Assembly: GCA_938084905.1 (NCBI GenBank)
Contig: CALKEQ010000001.1
Span: 26,835 to 90,834 of the forward strand
Origin: an uncultured bacterium
GTDB lineage: Bacteria; Desulfobacterota; Syntrophorhabdia; Syntrophorhabdales; JANXAF01
DNA: 64,000 nucleotides
Reading direction: 5' to 3'
Under the pieces are notes generated by a model. That model made no database searches. It was not told the origin of the DNA and was given only the letters and a program-made list of their open reading frames with translations. A program made the translations under genes and the position numbers. The number at the start of each line of letters is the position of its first letter. Within the stretch, counting starts at the first letter, position 1. Below, in pieces: positions 63,205-64,000 of the stretch.

Positions 63205-63868
63205 ACTTAAGGATTATAATTTCTATCCTTCTGTTCAATGCCCTCCCCTCAGGAGTCTCATTATCTGCGATAGGTTTAAATTCGGCGTATCCCGCGGCTG
63301 AGAGTCTCGAAGGAGGAATCTGAGCTGTTTCAATAAGGTACCTCACTACTTCAGTTGCCCTTCTCACTGAAAGTTCCCAGTTCGATTTAAACTCCGCATT
63401 GTGTATAGGCACATTGTCTGTGTGACCTTCAACCCTTATGTGATTCGGTATCCTCTTTACGATTGGTGCTATCTTATCTATGGTCTTTCTTGCGTTCTCC
63501 TTAAGGTCGGCCTTTCCCTCGTCAAAAAAAGCCTTGTCAAGGATTCTTATAACCACACCTCTTTCATCAACAATTACTGAGATGGCTCCCTTTCCCTCAT
63601 CTAACTTTCCTATCTCATTTTGTAGATCACTTTTTAGAATCTCCTCAGCATCGAGTATTCCACTCTTTCCCTCTGTAATTCCAGAACCAGCAACAAAAAT
63701 GGACCTAAGCTGGCGTGAAAAACTTCTGTACTTTTCCGCATCCTGCTTCGATACTGCGTACATCATGATGAAAAAGGCAAGAAGCAGGGTTATAAGATCT
63801 GCGTACGTGATCAACCACCTTTCCACATTTTCGTTTTCTTCCCGTATCCTTCTTTTACTCATCCTCAA
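63191..63868 (-). CDS. motB: flagellar motor stator protein MotB (OmpA-like C-terminus)
   Basis: N-terminal TM helix with WLITYADLITLLLAFF (conserved Asp). C-terminal OmpA-like NRRIEI. The likely true start is the ATG at 63862. Confidence 0.85.
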   Translation of the reverse strand: MRMSKRRIREENENVERWLITYADLITLLLAFFIMMYAVSKQDAEKYRSFSRQLRSIFVAGSGITEGKSGILDAEEILKSDLQNEIGKLDEGKGAISVIVDERGVVIRILDKAFFDEGKADLKENARKTIDKIAPIVKRIPNHIRVEGHTDNVPIHNAEFKSNWELSVRRATEVVRYLIETAQIPPSRLSAAGYAEFKPIADNETPEGRALNRRIEIIILKSNPS

Positions 63869-64000
63869 ACCTCACCTCTCTTATCAGGCAAAAGGAAGGA
63901 CAAAAGCTTCATTTTAGTCACCCTTGGGTTTTCGCCAGCGGCAATTGAGATTACTCCTTCCTTTATAAGTTCAAGGTGAAGGGCTTCTTCCTGATGCTTC
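63865..64000 (-). CDS. motA: flagellar motor stator protein MotA, C-terminal 44 codons (rest outside window)
   Basis: Minus-strand frame gives KHQEEALHLELIKEGVISIAAGENPRVTKMKLLSFLLPDKRGEV*. The GENPR motif is typical of MotA/PomA. Its stop overlaps the motB start. Confidence 0.75.
   Translation of the reverse strand, partial: KHQEEALHLELIKEGVISIAAGENPRVTKMKLLSFLLPDKRGEV

Noticed and set aside
1-64000. Search for CRISPR arrays, prophage or defence islands, rRNA, and integrase genes next to the tRNA pair.
   Set aside because: No regularly spaced direct repeats, phage structural genes, integrase genes or recognisable defence genes were seen. The window reads as core chromosome apart from the small transposase relic.

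Overview
Gene-dense (about 90% coding) chromosomal segment with roughly 68 protein genes, 2 tRNAs and no rRNA, CRISPR array or intact mobile element. Lys/Glu/Ile-rich proteins, many 4-20 nt gene overlaps, and Sec-formate dehydrogenase, 2-oxoacid:ferredoxin oxidoreductase, Etf, AhbA/B-type heme synthesis and TtuA/TtuB suggest a thermophilic anaerobe, possibly a Thermodesulfobacteria-, Nitrospirota- or deltaproteobacteria-like sulfate reducer; this is an inference. Housekeeping genes include argG', leuS, lptE, rpsT, recJ, pyrD/pyrK, rimI, mobA, tRNA-Lys/Glu, mreB, holA, nfo, pfk, mlaFED, alr, hemL and motAB. Two candidate redox systems stand out. (1) One operon joins etfB-etfA to a NuoE-like gene, a 1016-aa NuoF::GltD fusion and a selenocysteine FdhA, which the ORF track splits at an in-frame UGA followed by a SECIS hairpin. 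(2) A 9-kb overlapping operon encodes a four-subunit 2-oxoacid:ferredoxin oxidoreductase whose delta-ferredoxin is fused to a second GltD-like NAD(P)H module, followed by a GntR regulator, a TRAP transporter and a LarA-type nickel-pincer racemase. Other items: an iron-sulfur-flavoprotein::ArsC/LMW-PTP fusion; a 30-codon bS22-like ORF missed by the track and overlapping nfo; a [W/F]P[LF][FY]-repeat secreted protein translationally coupled to mlaD; a sigma54 promoter ahead of a duplicated Spy/ZraP-like pair with a ZraSR-like two-component system; a P-loop::CYTH fusion; and an IS4-type transposase remnant. All calls rest on reading the sequence and translations; no database search was run.
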